Positions 27,871 to 42,787 of a stretch of 64,000 nucleotides of DNA are shown here, piece by piece; position 1 is the first letter of the stretch; each line of letters begins with the position of its first letter. Below the pieces are notes generated by a model that had not been told where the DNA came from, searched no databases, and saw only the letters and a list, made by a program, of their open reading frames with translations. This DNA comes from the human T2T-CHM13v2.0 reference genome, Homo sapiens, in NCBI RefSeq assembly GCF_009914755.1, contig NC_060932.1; one strand, 5' to 3'. The position numbers were made by a program, and so were the translations under genes.

Positions 27871-28414
27871 ACAGATGGCTACCCCTGCCTCCTAAAACCT
27901 CAAGGCTCACAATAAGTTTGTGTCTGTGTGTGGCAGGGGGTGCGGGGGTGGGGGGTTAAGCAATTACTTAAAAAAAATTCTGTTTATTAATTTTTGGAGT
28001 TACATAGTAGGTGTATATATTTATGGGGTACATGAGATATTTTGATACAGGCTTTCAATGCTTAATAATCACATCAAGGTAAACGGAATATCCATTACCT
28101 CAAGCATTTATCCTTTCTTTGGGTTAAAAACAATTAATTAGATTATTTTAGTTATTTTTAAATGTACAATAAATTATTGTTGACTGTAGCCACCCTGTTG
28201 TGCTATCAAATAGTAGGTCTTATTCATTCTTTCTAACTAGATTTTTGTACCTATTAACTATTCTTCCTACCCCCACCCCACTATCCTTCCCAGCCTCTAA
28301 TAATGATCCTTCTACTCTCTATATCCATGAGTTCAATTGCTGTAATTTTTAGCTCCCACAAATAAGTGAGAACACGTGAAATTTGTCTTTCTGTGCCTGG
28401 CTTATTTCACTTAA

Positions 28415-28817
<403 letters not shown>

Positions 28818-30364
28818 AGAATCTCATTGTATTTATGGCTGCATAGTTATCCACTGTGTATCTATACCACATTTTATTTATCCGTTCACCTGTTGATGGA
28901 CACTTACGTTGCTTCCAAATCTTGACTATTGTGAATAGTTCTGCAATAAGCATGGGAGTACAGATATCTCTTTAATATATTGATTTTGCATCTTTTGGGT
29001 ATATACTCAGCAGCGTGATTGCTGAATCGTATGGTAGCTCTATTTTTAGTTTTTTGAGGAACCTCCAACTATTCTCCATAGGGGTTACACTCACTTACAT
29101 TCCCACCAACAGTGTATGAGGGTTACCTTTTCTCCACATTCTGGCCAGCCTTTGTTATTGCCTGACTTTTGGATGAAAGCCATTTTAACTGGGGTGAGAT
29201 GATATGGCATGGTAGTTTTGATTTGCTTTTCTCTGATGATCAATAATGTTAAGCACCTTCTCGTATACCTGTTTGCCATTTATATGTCTTCTTTTGAGAA
29301 ATGTCTCAACCAAAACAACCCACCAAAGTGAAAAAATGTGTTTGAAATGTCAAGTTTTCTTTTAAAAATGTAAAGTTTGCACACTAGACCAAAATATCCC
29401 AGTATTTGCTTTAACTTAACAATTATGTTAAATTACTAATATTAAACACAACCCATACTCCAGGAGGGCTTTCTGTGTTGTGCTGTGTCCTGCTCAGCAT
29501 GCTGCTAAGCTCTCCCAGTTGAGAGCATCACAATGAGTGATGGAGGTCCACTGAGGGTGTAGGGCAACTTGATTAGATGTCTCTTTTGAATTAAATGTTT
29601 TTTCTCTTGGATTATCTACACTGATAAAATAAGCCATCAACTTCCTCTGTTTTGAGGAGCATACACCAATGGCTTCTGCCCACAAATTCTTATTCTTCAG
29701 TCCTATATGAGGCCATATAGGATACAGGAAAATGGTTATTCTCAATAAATTATAAAAAACAATAAAAACTGTGTGCATTTGGCCTGAGTGGAACAGGAAT
29801 CTCCCTTATTCCCACCTGTCTTTCAGGGAGGGGGTCCCACTCATGGAATTGGTCAGATTCCAGGCAGGTGATCGACTGCACCCTGCAGGTCAGGACATGA
29901 GTGTGACCCTGTTTCCTCTCTCTCTCTCTCTAAATGGGTTCTCGCTCCCTCTCCTCTTTTACATCCACAGTAGAAGTAGTAAGAGGTGCTCTTTCCTGGA
30001 CTTACAGGTGATGGTCAAGAGGTGATAAGATTGGCAGTCTGGTTTGGGGGTGGGGTAGTAGAAACCCCCTGGACTCCTACTTGAGGCCACTTGGCTTAGC
30101 TCATTTTATCAGAGTGCTTTGCTTTGGGGGCTGGAGCCCACATCACTAGGCAATCAAATCTCACATTTAGTTTTGCCTCATACTGTTTCCTGTGTGTATG
30201 TCTCCCTGTGGATTTTGTGTGTATGTCTTGTGTTTCTCGTGTGTATGTCTCCCTGTGGATCTCACTGGAAGGATGTCTCTGGCTTGGACTAAGATTCCGA
30301 TGCGCCTGTACTCCTCAGCCATAATATCATCTTAGTGCCTTGGAAAAGCACCCCAAGCCCAGCC

Positions 30365-31135
30365 TCATTCCTTTATTCAAAACATGTGTATCGAGCACTT
30401 ACCATGTGACAGGCGCTGGGAATACATTAGAGAAAGAAGGTGAAAACTGCTAGCCTCATTTTAGGGGACAGGGAAGACACTTGATGGCAAGATGAAAAGG
30501 TAAATTATATATTATGTTATAAGGTGAAAAACGCTAGTAGGTGTGATGAAAATAAAGCAGGGCAGGGGGACAGGGTCCAGTTTTAACTGGAGTACTCAGG
30601 AATGGCATGACCCGGAAGATGACATTTAAGCAAAGATTCAAAAGAGGTGAACCCAGGCCAAGTGAGTTGTGGCTAAGAATCCCTGAGGACAGAAGGCAGG
30701 TTCTATGCAAATGCTGGGGGCAGGACAGGGCCGGATGTCTGGGCCAGGAAGAGAATGGAGGGCCAGGCCAGGAAGGGCCTGCAGGTTTTTTCAGGACTGT
30801 GGCCTTGACTCCTGGTGAGGTGGGACCCACGGAAGGTGAACACAGTCTGAGGTCTGTTTGCAAAGGTGCCCCCTGGCTTGCAGAGTTGAGGAAACAATCT
30901 GGGGAGCAAGGTGAAAAGCGGAACAGTTCAGAGACCAGCAATTCCTGAGAGTCTACGTGAGGTCATGAGGCATGGTTGATTCTAAATTAATTTTGAAAGT
31001 AAAGGCAACATGGTTTTTTGAAGCATTAGGTGTGGAGTATGAGAGAAAAAGAGTTTTCAGCCTGTGCAATGGAAAATAGGACTCATCCTTGAACTGAGAT
31101 GGAAAAAATTGTGAAGGCTCAGGTTTGGAGGGCAA
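30365..31135 (-). mobile_element. L2
   Basis: gagcacttaccatgtgacaggcgctgggaatac; ggaagatgacatttaagcaaagattc. Confidence 0.7.
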
Positions 31136-32672
31136 TTCCCTTACACTTCATCCTAAATAACATAATTGTTATTTACAGGGGTACTGTTTTGGAATTGGAA
31201 TTGGGCTCTGCCTGTTAGTAATGGTATAAACATGGTTAAATCATTTAACCTCTTGAGGCTCCATTTCCTCACCTCTCACCGGTACAATGGGAATAATACC
31301 TTACAGGTTTGTTATGCAGACTGGCCGTAACTTGGTAAAGTGCCTTGCGTGGTGCCTAACACATAGGGGATGTTCGATTAATGCTAGCTGAATGAATGCT
31401 TGAATAAAAGAATGAGTGAATGAGTGAAATGCCTGTGGACATGATAATTAAGTAAGGAAAGGCCAGAATGTGAAAATTAAGCAGGAAAGGCCAGAATTAT
31501 GTACACTGTGTGTTCATTCATTCCTTTTTCTACTGTGCATTTAAACACATAGGAAATTTGTAGGCAGCTGTGATTCCTAGTTTAGCCAACATTCTGCAAA
31601 AAGGTGCACTGCTTTGGTGGTAGATTTTAAACCTGTAAGAAAATGGGAAAGCAGTTGGTGACTTTCTTGTCCTACCTTTTTTGGTGATGAGCCAGGAAGA
31701 CAAGGCAGCAATTGTTTTTTATTTCTTAACCAATGATCCAGACAGAGAAAGCAGGCTGTTGGATTAAAGTGTTTTACTCTTCTTCTCATTGGCATCCTGG
31801 GCAGTCTACAGCTGGTCCAGTTTGTTACCAAATAATGAGATGGATTAAATTATCTACCGGAACATAATGGGTTACTTGCTTAAGGGATAGAGCCCTGTTT
31901 TTAGCTTTTTCTTCTATCCCACATAGCGGCAAACCTGAGCAGGTAGAGTAGGTGCTTAACAAATACGTGCATGGAATTTGGTTCATTTAGCAACCACGTG
32001 TCAGGGAACAATGCCAAGCTTTGGAGTTATAACTCAGAATGTCACCCTCCAGGTGGTGGACGTGCTAATATTCTTACTGATTGTAAACAGGTAATGGGCA
32101 CCTGTTACGTGTCAGATCCTATAGGAGACCTGACTATGATGTAATCCCAAACCTTCACAGTAATCCAATGAAGTATTATTATCCCTATTTTTAGGATGAA
32201 GACACAGAGGCTATGAGAATTAGACGATTTGCCCACAGTCCCACCATTACTATGAATCGAAGTCAGTATATTAACTTATGTCAGCCTGACAATTTTCATT
32301 ACATCATGAAAAGAAAAGCCTCACTCCCGCTTGAATAAATATTTCCTCACCAGCCTGATGAGTACAGTGGGACCAGACTCAAATTCCGTGGTTCTCATCT
32401 AGCAAGTCTGGGTTTAATTCAGTTCAATTGGCTTTCTTATTTAAGCAAATAGAGGGCACCAAGAGCTGTTCCATGCACCGTGCAGAGACGAGGAAGAGAC
32501 CCATCTATGGCTGACGTCGTGCCTGGGTGAGTGGGAACCCCAGTGTCATCCTGAGTCCTGCAGGGGCTTTGCCAGCTCCGAGAGGATACACAACAGACAA
32601 AGGTGCAATGGTTTATCAAGCTCCCTATTCCCATTTCCACCAAAAATATTGAGATGTTTTGATATTTTGAGT

Positions 32673-33125
32673 GAGAGGGAAATGGATAGAAAAATGAAGA
32701 GACAGAGGGAAGGAAAGAAGAAAAGAACAGTAAAAGGAAGGAAGGAAGAAGAGAAGGAAGAAGGAAGGAAGGAAGAAGAGAAGGAAGAAGGAAGGAAGGA
32801 AGAGAAGGAAGAAGGAAGGAAGAAGGGAAGGAAGGGAGAAGGGAAGGAAAGAAGAAAGGAAGAAGGAAGGAAGAAGGAAGGAAGGGAAGGAAAGAAGGAA
32901 AGAAGGGAAGGGAAGGAAAGAAGGAAGTAAGGGAGAGAGGGAGGGAGCAAGGAAGGAAGGAGGGAAGGAAATAAAGAACAAAGGAAAGAAGGAAAGAAGA
33001 AGGTAAGGAAAGAAGGAACAAAGGAAAGGGAAAAAGGAAGGAAGGAAAGAAAGAACAAAGGAAAGAAAGAAGGAATAAGGGAAGGATAGAAGGAACAAAG
33101 GAAAGAAGGAAGGAAGGAAGGAAGG
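32673..33125. repeat. Polypurine (GAAG/GGAA) low-complexity tract
   Basis: About 450 nt almost entirely A/G on the + strand. Confidence 0.95.
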
Positions 33126-33138
33126 TAGGCAGGCCTAC

Positions 33139-33312
33139 TGAAGGAAGGAATACTAAATGCCAACTGTGTGAGAGACTCTGTGCTTGGTGACTTATATGAA
33201 GGAAGGATTACTAAATGCCAACTGTGTGAGAGATTCTGTGCTTGGTGACTTATATGAAGGAAGGATTACTAAATGCCAACTGTGTGAGAGATTCTGTGCT
33301 TGGTGACTTATA
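33139..33312. repeat. 58-bp unit x3 tandem repeat, followed by (GAAG)n
   Basis: Units start at 33139, 33197 and 33255; units 2 and 3 are identical and unit 1 differs at 2 positions. Confidence 0.95.
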
Positions 33313-35432
33313 TGAAGGAAGGAAGGAAGGAAGGAAGGAAGGAAGGAAGGAAAAATGTGAGTTACTTCTATCAGAGAATTTCTGTTCAATTTAAAACAAA
33401 GCCTTAGGTACAAAGAACAAAACCACCACGGTGAAAACTCAGAGATCAATTAGCAGAAGAAGACCGTATTCAGGGATTTGAGACACATTCCAGAGATAAC
33501 TAAAATTGTATTATGAGGACTCTGCCTATTTTAAAAATTTCTTCGCAGCCATGTACCATAGAGGGGGAAAAAGAGGGATGAGATGCAGGATGGGAAAGCA
33601 CTTTGTATTGGAAAAATAATGGTGTTGATACCCTTCAACAGATCTTCAAGCAGTTTGTTTCTTTGCTTAATTAATTGTAGATTGCAGAGAACTCATTCTG
33701 TGACAAGACTCTGTTCAATTGACATGACTACCTAATGAAATATAATTTTATACTATTTCAGAAATATCATCTACTAGATGTTGATTATATAGACATTAAA
33801 ACAAGCGTGGGTTATTTGGCCATATTTTTCTTTCCTTGAAATTTTATCCTCATAGGTCTTCAATCAATTGTTTTGTTCTGTGTTTCTTCCTGTTAACACA
33901 AACCTCCTTTTCAAAGTTAAATTATGCTGTGGAAGAAGAATGCAGCTTTCAAATATTATAACAAAACATATATGAGATAAATAAATATCTATATATTTAG
34001 CATAAAAATAATTCCCAATTATTTTGGGGATGGTAAATGAAATCACCATCATTGTTTTTTGTCAATGATTCATAATGGAATCAGAATAAAGGAAAATATT
34101 CAGAGGGTGTCTATTTCAATAGATTTAATAAAATAAGTTCATAGACCATTGGAGGTAGGAAGATCTTAGAAATAGCCTTATTCTATATTCCATCGTTTTG
34201 AAGATGAAGCAATTAAGCAAAGAGAGGCCTATGACAATGAGTCACAAGCTCTTAGGCCTCCAGTGAGGTAGGTGGAGGACTCATGACAAAGGGTTCTCCC
34301 TCTAGCCTGTCCCTTTCCTGAACATCTGAGTTAAATGGGCCACCCGCTGTTCTTCATTCAGAACATTTATCACCACTTCTCTTTTCCATATTGATGTGTG
34401 AGCTTATTTGTTTCATCTATGTCTTCCTCAGAGAGAAGCACAGGGAAGATTCCATGAAGCCACAGCCCTTTCCCTGTTGTGCCTCAGGCCAGGCACATGG
34501 TGCTCAATGATTGCTGAATAGATAAATGAATGAATGACTGAGACACATTCTGATCATAGTAGACGTAGAGATGATAACCTGAATTTTCTGAACACCAGTT
34601 ATAGGAGGAAGAAAAATAACACCTTTTTTGGCTCACATAGATTTCACTTTTATTCAAATGGATGTGATTTTTTTTTTTACGTAATTGACTTTCTAGATCT
34701 GATATATAACAAACTATTAAGTAATTTCACATTCTCTTTCACACTTGGAGCTGCAAAAGCCCTGAAACTTGATGCTTCTCATGAGTACAGGAAAGTATGC
34801 CATGTATTTAAAGCTCTCCCCACCTCCACCGCCTTAAAAATTCTCCAGATAATAGCTACAGGCATTTTTTTTTTCTAAATGCTGAAACTGATTATTCATA
34901 ACTAGTTTTCCTTTTCTTTTGTGTTTTAAACTACCACAGCTCAGAACAAATCAGCCCAGTATGAATTTGTTGGATATGAAATGTAGGCAGATGGCTTAAG
35001 TCACTTATATTAAAATGTATTTTTTGAACCTATTAATGGAAATACTTGCCACAAATTCAGGGCTACAACAGTGATGAGTCATTTGTTCGTCTGTTCAGCT
35101 AACATTTACTGAGAACCTCTGGGCTCTGGCCTCCAGGAAAGCACAGCCCAGTAAAGGGGATGGGTGAGCCAGCAGCAGGCGGCCATGCCATGAGGAAGCC
35201 CAAAGCTCTGGCAGCCCAGTGGAGGGGCACTGCGTCCAGGAAGGGCATGGCAACAAGATGAGTTGTGAAGGAACAAGTACAAGTGTGAGGGAGCCACAGG
35301 AGGAAGGAGGGGAGTGTGGTGTCAGTAGGGGGACAGGAAAATGATCCTTTAGGAGGGAGAACAAGGGCAGAAAAATGTGGCTCTCCCAGACCCTGGAGTA
35401 CAAGCATGAAGCAGACAAGCTATAAATGCGGC

Positions 35433-35805
35433 TATATTAGTCTGTTTTCATGCTGCTGATAAAGACATACCCGAGACTGGGTACTTTATAAAGAAAAAGA
35501 GGTTTAATGGACTCACAGTTCCACGTGACTGGGGAGGCCTCACAATCACAGTGGAAGGCAAAGGAAGAACAAAGTCACATCTTACATGGCAGCAGTCAAA
35601 GAGAGAATGAGAGCCAAGAGAAAGGGGAAACCCCTTATAAGATCATCAGATCTCATGAGACTTATTCACTACCACAACAACAGTATGGGGGAAACTGCCC
35701 CCATGATTTAATGATCTCCCACCAGGTCCCACCCACAACAAGTGGGAATTGTGGGAGCTACAATTCAAGATGAGATTTGGGTGGGGACACAACCAAACCA
35801 TATCA
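35433..35805 (-). mobile_element. THE1 (B/C-like) solo LTR
   Basis: tatattagtctgttttcatgctgctgataaagacatacccgagactggg...gagatttgggtggggacacaaccaaaccatatca; TSD GCGGC/GTGGC. Confidence 0.9.
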
Positions 35806-37187
35806 GTGGCTCACAGTCCAGGGGCTAAGAGACAAGTCAACAGACAATTACATTATAATAAGATGAATGCTTTGTCTGGGGAACTTCAGGGAATTAGCCC
35901 ATACCTAGGATAGGGTCTCCGTGGAGTGAAGAGGAGAGATCATGGTCATACATAGACCCTGCTCAAATAAGCGGTTACGTGAGCTCAGGAAGTCTTATGA
36001 TGGGCCTGGGAAGACAGGCTATGAATACATATAGGGGTAATTCTGAGAAGGAAAAGTTTCACCATTTAGTGCAATGCCTCATCGACTGAGAAGCTGAATA
36101 ACCTTTGGCCTCAATTTCTTTATCTGTGAAACAGGAATGATAATATCCTTTGATAGACGCTACACAAAAATCTAATTTCAAGTACTGCCCCAGCCCCCAG
36201 CCCAACCTCAACATTCCCAATGTTTTGGCCTCTTGACATCTTCTCAGCTTCCTTCTCAGAAATCTGTCTTAATTCTTGTTTCAGAAAACGTGGCTTCTTC
36301 AGGAAAAGTACTGTTTTAGCTCAGAGATTATTCAGACATTACTTCCAGCTGTGAGGAATCAGTGCAATGCACTCATGCTGGAATCACTGGAATTGTCTCT
36401 CTTCCTCTCCCTTGCCTCTCATGCAATGTCATCAGGACTCGACAATTTACCAAGTCCCCAGATCTGTACAATGCACAAAGGGAGATAAAGGAAAAAAGAA
36501 TAAAAGAGGAGGGAAAAAGGGAAAGGACAGGAGGGAAGGGAGGGAGGGAGGCAGGTGCAATTTCAGCCCCTTGAAAAGGTAAATCTTTCATAAGTTAACA
36601 AAAAGACATCAGGACTAAGTGTGGCTAAGGTCCTGGCTTTTTCAGATCACTTCAGATCTCTGTGGCCTGGAGCAATCCAGTACTTTCCTGAAAGAAGTGA
36701 ATACTAATCAAGAATAAGACTGAGCACAATAGGTGTAGGAGACTGGTCACATAGGAGAATGTCCTCTCCTGAAGGAAGTCCACGCGTGGGCCAGGGACAC
36801 AGGAAACAGGCTGGGACACCCTGGGCAACAAACTCCTCAGGGATGCATGGGCAGCCCCATCACTGAGCAAGTTAGCACAGCCTCAGTTCTCAGAAAAGAA
36901 CAGAATGGGGAAAAATAGAATCCTCTTTACTGAGATATTGTGAAGAGTAAAGAGAACATTCATGAAAAAGGCTTGGGTTAGAAGAAGTGCTCCACCCACT
37001 GGTTAGCTACTGTGATGATTCTGGATTTGACTGGTGAAGCGGGCAGGACCGAGGGTTTGGAGTTAGATCCGCTTGGTTCTGAAGCCCCCAGACTTACTGG
37101 TTATGTGTGTGATCTCAGGAGGCAATCGTTAATTTTGGAGGATGCTTAGCATAGAAGAGCAGATGGACAGATAGAGAGCACCCCGTG

Positions 37188-37445
37188 ATTTGTTAAATGC
37201 CTACTGTGTGAGATACTCTGTGCTTGGTGACTTATGTGAGTTATTTTATTTAAAATCTTCTGCATTGATGATGTTCTCTCTGTTATTGCTATCCCCCATT
37301 TTTATATAATGAACATTGTAGTTTTCATTTTGTAGATGAGGAAACTGAGCCTCAGAGTGCTGACATGACTGGCTGGGGACACACAGCCGGACAGCTGCAG
37401 AGCTGTTGGATCCGCAGTTGTCTATCCCGGAGACCCAGCTTTGCT
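37188..37445 (-). mobile_element. MIR
   Basis: cattttgtagatgaggaaactgagcctcagag core. Confidence 0.7.
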
Positions 37446-38599
37446 CTGCCGCATCTCAGATTTGACCCTCGGCCTCTGCTGGCCATCATGGTCAATTCCT
37501 TCACATCTTAATGGTTCCCTCGTCAGAGGGCCTTTCCCTCAGCACTCCACCTAATTTTGAGATGTTCCCTGAATCATCTTTATCATTGCACTTGGTCTTT
37601 CCCTTTCAGAGAACTTACAACAATCAGCAACTACATTCCTTTGTTACCATAATAAAAATATGAAACTAGTGTTTATTAAAGATGGATATCATCCTAATAT
37701 TATTCTAAGCACTTTTCTTGTATTATCCCCTTATATTTCACATCAGTCTTATGAGGCCAGCTCTTAGCAACTGACATGTTAGTTTATTTCATTCCATAAC
37801 AATGCTGTGAAGATGACACTGATATTTTAATTTCTTAGATAATGGACCTGGGACACAAGAGGCTAAGTAACTCCCTCAAGGCCATAAAGCTAGTAAGCAG
37901 TATGCATGCCCCTCCACTAGACTCTATGCTTTTTGAGGGCAGGGAACTTGTTCCACAGCCTGAAATAGTAGCAGGCACATCATAGACAGTCAGTAAACAC
38001 TGGAGTCAATATAGAGATGAGTACCAAGGGAAAAGAACACAAAGGAGTTATGATGCTAGCGATGAGATTTTTTCTGTGCTCAGAAACAGTTGCTGTATCT
38101 CTGACTACACTGATTTATTATGCTGATTTACTGAGCTTTGTAAGTGCCCAGGTGCTGGCTTAGGTGCTGCAATCTGGGGAGCAGTGTGGGTGTGTGTACT
38201 TGTGTGCATGTGCACATGTGCTCATGTATGTGCATCTGTGTATAAGTGCATGCGTGCATGCATGTGCATGTGTGATGGGAAGATAGGTTAAGGTTGTGGA
38301 ATATCTGTTGACTCTTAGTTCACCGTTATGAAGTTCTGGCAAAGGGACCAGAACTTGAAACTATATAAGCCTATGCCACCCCCAGGGAGAGAGACCAGCC
38401 ACAGAAGGAACTGTTTTCTTGGTGCAAAGAAAAGAATTATGAGTAGAAGGAAATGATGGAAATGGGTTAATAGCCAGAGTCAGAGGAATATTAAATTTTA
38501 ATGCTATGAGCAGAAGGGAGCCATTCCAGGCTATAGAGCATCCATTCAAATCATTTACGATATATTCCCCAAAGCCCAAAGTTCTATGTGGCTGGAGTA

Positions 38600-39000
38600 A
38601 TATTAGAGGAAATTGTCAAACTAGGCATGGCCAAATCGCACAGGGCCTTCCTGGCTCAATAAAGAGTTTGGTCTTCATCTAAACCAACAGCACTGGAGAC
38701 CCCTGAAGGGTTTTAAGTAAGGATGAAATAACCAGACTTGCATTTTTAAAGATCAGTCTTGGTACAGTGTAGATAACGGACAAAAGGGAGGCCAGAGGCC
38801 ATGAGACCAGTGAGAGGACTGTGGAGAAGAGAGAGTAGGAAGAGAGAAGTGCAGTGAATCCAGAAATATTCAGAAGGAAAAGCAACAGGAAATGCTGACA
38901 GTCGCCGTGGGGGTGAAGGGGAGGGGGTGGTATTCAGGTTTCTTGAATAATGGAGAGGCCATTCATTGAGACAGAGAAAACTGAAAGAGAATAAGAGTTG
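38600..39000 (-). mobile_element. L2 fragment
   Basis: ctggagacccctgaagggttttaag...gcatttttaaagatcagtcttgg. Confidence 0.6.
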
Positions 39001-40116
39001 GAGACTAGGAGAAGAAGAATAAAATAAAAGCTATTTGTAAGAGGATGGGCAACTATTTTATGAAAGGTAGAGATACAAAGGCAAAAACAAGACCACAGTA
39101 ATCCTTTAATCAGGGATTTTGTTTGTTCTAAGGGGTCTTAGGCTAAATGGAGGGGCCTGTTATGAGAGCAAACTTGACATCTTGGAGAAACTATTAAATG
39201 ACTGACCACGACAGCTCTCCCCACACAGCCTCAGGTTCTCGGCTAATTTTAAAGGCCTGTCTAGAAGCAAATTTTCCAGCACTAGGTGTATCTCTGTGGC
39301 CTTTGCTTGAAGTAAATTGTTCTCATGTCATTAAAACTTAAAGCTTCTTCAACAGAAGTGGCATTATGTATTTGGAACATAATGTTTTATTCCTCCCTAT
39401 GTTTTAGAAAATCTAGAAAATAAATCAGTGCAAGAGCAATTCCTGGAGATGATTTTCTTTATCTACTTTATATATACAGTCTGTTTGATTTGATGAGAAG
39501 CTTAATTTTATTCAAGGGGACATGAGCTTACTATGATGATTATCATTTACTGAGCCCATACAGTGTGCAGGCAAGGTATGTATGAAATATTACTTAATCA
39601 ATCCCAATATTTTTGTAAAATCAATATTTACCATTGAGGAAACTGAGGCTTAGAAACATTGTCACTTGCTAAAGGTTATCCATGACCTGGCACTGAAAAG
39701 CTGAGCTCCAAAGTCTGCATTTCCTGCTATGCCTCCGAGGAAGTGGCCCTTTTGTTCAAAGTAGAACAGTAGAGACTTCTTTCTGATTAGCACAGGAAGG
39801 AAACATTGCCACACATTGCTTGGTCAGGAAAACAAATAAACCCCGATGTACATTTGGCTTCAAACTTGTTGATGCTTGACTAACTGATGCCTTCTGTGAA
39901 ATTCAGTCTCCAAAATTAGATTTTATTTTAGACTTTCTCCATATTCATAGACGTTCAAAGATGAAAGGTAGAAGGAAACCACTCCCATTGACTAAGTAAC
40001 TGCTATATGCCTGTAGGAATATTTGACATAGGAATTATCCCCATTTTATAGTGAGAAAATGGAGGCTCAAAGAAAGGTGAAATAACTTGACCAAGTCATA
40101 CAAACAAGCCAGTAAA

Positions 40117-40471
<355 letters not shown>

Positions 40472-40784
40472 CTAATTCTATTATCCCTTGATCAAGAAAT
40501 ATTGCCAAGGCTTTGTTTTGTCTATGAGAGTTTTAAAAAATCAAATTATTCTCAGGCTATAGAATGTTAACAGTGGATTTGAGTGACTTGTATCAATGTA
40601 TGGCCTCTTGATTTTGCTGACTTAAGCATTTTCTATCTTTATCCTGGACAGTCAAGCACAATTTTTGTTTGATCTCAGCACCCAAGAGAGGCCAGTACTC
40701 AGACCAGTACTGAACAGTAGGGAAATCAACTGGGCAAAATTTGTTTACTAAACTGAGAATTTTCTATGCATTTAAGAAATCTTT

Positions 40785-40990
40785 ATAAAGCATTTACTAT
40801 ATGTCTTGCCCTGTTCTGAGCACTTTCAAATATACTAATTTCATCTCCAGTGAGGATGAGGTAGGTGCCGTTGTAATCCTCTTTGTACAGGTGAGGAAAC
40901 TGAGGCACAGAGATGTTAAGTAACTAGCTCAAAATCACACTGCTAGAGTGAAGCTGGCTCTTTAGTTAGGATCTTAACTGCTATGCTAGG
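40785..40990 (-). mobile_element. MIR
   Basis: acaggtgaggaaactgaggcacagagatgttaagtaact. Confidence 0.75.
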
Positions 40991-41259
40991 CAGCCCTATA
41001 CTTGGAAGAAACCCAGTTATTTCTTGGGCAGAGGCGTCGGGGATGCAGCTCTTGTGCTTTCCTTTGCCTGAGGACTGTGAGCCATCATCCATGGGCCCTA
41101 CTGTATCCTTTATTCCTTCTCCAATGCCCCAAACACTTGCTTGTCTTGGATCTAACAGGGCAAAGGAAGTTCTCTCAGAGCTCAACAGGGTGCTGTCCAT
41201 GTGCCCAGTTCTGATCAGGCCTCACGTTTCCCTTGAAGGAAAGAAGGGAGTTCAACAGG

Positions 41260-41540
41260 TATTGAGCACACACTGCGTGCAGCTCGGTGCTTTACATATA
41301 ATTGGGGACATTGAGTGTTGGCAAGTGCCACACACTGTCCCAATTACTTTTCATGTCATTGAACATTTTTTCTCACAATCACATTACATGGTGGGGACAA
41401 TTTCTCTCTGTTTTGTGGATAAGGAAACTGAGATACTAAAAGATTAAGTAATTAGCCCAAGGACACAGAGCCTAAAAATGGCAGAGATGGGATTTGAACC
41501 CACAAATGCTACCTTGAGAACCTGAACTCCTAGCCATTGT
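41260..41540 (-). mobile_element. MIR
   Basis: gataaggaaactgagatac...gcccaaggacacagagc...gggatttgaaccc. Confidence 0.7.
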
Positions 41541-41929
41541 GTCTACAGCTTCCACAGGGTACCAGAGGCATAGAAAACACACCACTTTAATATTCACAAC
41601 TACCTAGTGAGGTGACCACTTTTCCTCCCGTGATACTGATTAGAGAGCTTGGTTCAGAGTGGCCTGTTAACTTGTCCTAGCTCACATGATGAGTTAATGA
41701 GAGAGGCATGGAGTGAAATTCTGGGAGAGCCCAGAAACTGTGCTCTGTCTGTGGCACCAGGATGCCTCTCTGTCTCTGGCTTCTCAACCAGAAGCCACGT
41801 GTGTGCATAACCTGAATGAGGATACCAAACACTGCAGGGAGAAAACATAATTAACCAGAGTAGAAATCCAGTAAGCCAGTGCCAGATGTTTCAGGTAAAA
41901 TTATTTACTACAGCACATTGCAAAAGGGT

Positions 41930-42418
41930 TTGGTCTTCTTTGCCTCCTCTAGATCTACTCTCAACCTTTTTCAACCACAGTCTCTACCCTCAGAGGCTTG
42001 CCTTTATGGAATACATCAGTTGGGCTCCCCTGATCCCTGACTTCGGTTCCAACTCAGCCAGTGGGAGGCATTCACAGGAGATCAGAGGGTGGAAGAGTAA
42101 GGTCAGGGTGTTTAGTGCCTTGGCTCCTTCCTGGACCTGCCCCTGTTCAGCAGGGCTGGTGTCTTCTATATTCAGCCACAGCTCCTGCTGGAGGCCTGCT
42201 CCCACCTCCACAGCTCTCTCAGGTTCTGACATCTGCTCTTTCCTGGCCTCTTTAGGCACAGGATGAGAAGGTCTCCCACTGGTGGCCTAGACGGCCAAAC
42301 TCTTCCCTTTGTATCTCTTTGCCTTACCCACACCTTATAAATAGCTGTTTATGAAACTCTCTTTAATGACTCCTTTTGAGTACACCATTTGTTTCCTGCC
42401 AAGATTCTGACCAATATA
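41930..42418 (+). mobile_element. LTR33-like ERVL LTR
   Basis: cagccagtgggaggcattcacaggagatcagagggtgga...ttgagtacaccatttgtttcctgccaagattctgaccaata. Confidence 0.6.
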
Positions 42419-42483
42419 TGAAATAATAGGATACAGGAAAGAAAACACAAGATTCACTGTAGCATGATAAGAAAAAACTCAGA

Positions 42484-42787
<304 letters not shown>

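Noticed and set aside
32437-33163. Long ORFs of 157-205 aa rich in F/L/P/S
   Set aside because: Translations of the polypurine/polypyrimidine tract, which is stop-poor by composition.
33139-33312. CRISPR-like appearance of the repeated units
   Set aside because: No unique spacers, no cas genes and a primate context; it is a simple tandem repeat.
35525-35537. PRDM9 hotspot motif in the THE1 LTR
   Set aside because: Reads CCTCCCCAGTCAC on -, two mismatches to CCNCCNTNNCCNC.
35704-35714. DUX4 site in the THE1 LTR
   Set aside because: Reads TCATTAAATCA on -, degenerate relative to the TAATTGAATCA-type site.
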